A DNA stretch of 64,000 nt, taken from assembly GCA_946184615.1 (NCBI GenBank), contig CAMHFN010000011.1, positions 5,035 to 69,034 on the forward strand. The letters are read 5' to 3'. This DNA comes from an uncultured Bacteroidales bacterium. Its GTDB lineage: Bacteria > Bacteroidota > Bacteroidia > Bacteroidales > F082. Shown piece by piece: positions 63,598-64,000 of the stretch. The first letter of the stretch is position 1. Every line of letters starts with the position of its first letter. The notes under the pieces are model-generated. The model searched no databases. It worked only from the letters and a program-made list of their open reading frames with translations, and was not told the origin of the DNA. The translations under genes and the position numbers were made by a program.

Positions 63598-64000
63598 TTA
63601 TTTTAAGAGGTCGTTAAACTTGGTCTCCAGTTCGTTGATGGTGAACGGCAGACCCATCACCTTATTAAATTGCTCACACTTGTATTCCGGGAAGTTCATG
63701 CGGAGATACTTGGCAAACTGGCCGCGGTTGATCTCGCAGACCACCATCTTCTTGTGACCTTGAAGCACTTCTTCGGTGTTCTTAGGCAGAGGCATGATGT
63801 AGTCGAAGTGGGCATGGGCGATCGACTTGCCTTGTTCCATGAGATTCTCGACAGCGGTACGGATGACACCGAAAGTGCCGCCCCAGCTGACCACGAGGAG
63901 GTCAGCGTTCTTGTCGCCGTAAATCTCTTGCAACGGGATGTCGTCGGCTACGCGCATCACTTTCTCCTCACGGAGTTCGGTCATACGCTGGTGGTTTTCA
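63598..64000 (-). CDS. korA: 2-oxoacid:ferredoxin oxidoreductase, alpha subunit (C-terminal part, runs off window end)
   Basis: The open frame continues to the window edge. ...LLVVSWGGTFGVIRTAVENL...HAHFDYIMPLP is the C-terminal domain pattern. It lies directly upstream of korB. Confidence 0.7.
   Translation of the reverse strand, partial: ENHQRMTELREEKVMRVADDIPLQEIYGDKNADLLVVSWGGTFGVIRTAVENLMEQGKSIAHAHFDYIMPLPKNTEEVLQGHKKMVVCEINRGQFAKYLRMNFPEYKCEQFNKVMGLPFTINELETKFNDLLK

Noticed and set aside
62604-63617. 337-aa ORF on the plus strand
   Set aside because: Antisense shadow of korB, which has clear TPP-binding motifs.

Overview
This 64-kb window looks like a Bacteroidota (Bacteroidia-type) chromosomal segment. 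Supporting signs are many T9SS C-terminal sorting domains, TAnnTTTG -7 promoter boxes in place of Shine-Dalgarno sites, and a tmRNA tag GENNYAFAA. Most of it is housekeeping. Recognisable genes include the uvrA 3' end, rsmG, M16/M13/M20/S8 peptidases, sbcDC, psd-cdsA, mazG, proS, lpxK, a purine nucleoside phosphorylase (PNP), lpxH, dsbD, tilS and korAB. RNA genes are tRNA-Val(TAC), tRNA-Gly(CCC), tRNA-Arg(CCG) and ssrA/tmRNA. I saw no CRISPR array, rRNA, IS element or integrase, and I cannot point to a clear-cut new defence system. Seven candidates seem most worth follow-up. (1) A same-strand cluster at 21196-25413 of a beta-helix T9SS protein, a fused NapH/NapG-like polyferredoxin and a Tat-signal Fe-S aldo/keto reductase. 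(2) A lipoprotein at 39624-40922 with a Tyr/Trp block, a His10 tract and Ser/Thr/Arg repeats, sitting next to a FadL-like outer-membrane protein. (3) An orphan MbnP/MbnH pair with a G9 tract inside mbnP. (4) A YbjQ / Tim44-like / SPFH-zinc-ribbon membrane cluster. (5) An AT-rich islet at 47.0-50.1 kb bracketed by near-identical T9SS CTD repeats, holding a frameshifted DUF4160 / DUF2442-HTH pair and a promoter-plus-hairpin small-RNA candidate. (6) Recurrent 7-8-nt periodic spacer repeats in gene leaders, one of which is translated as the linker of a SpoU-HAD fusion. (7) An HTH-less sigma-54 activator. All functional calls rest on motif recognition by eye. No database search was run.
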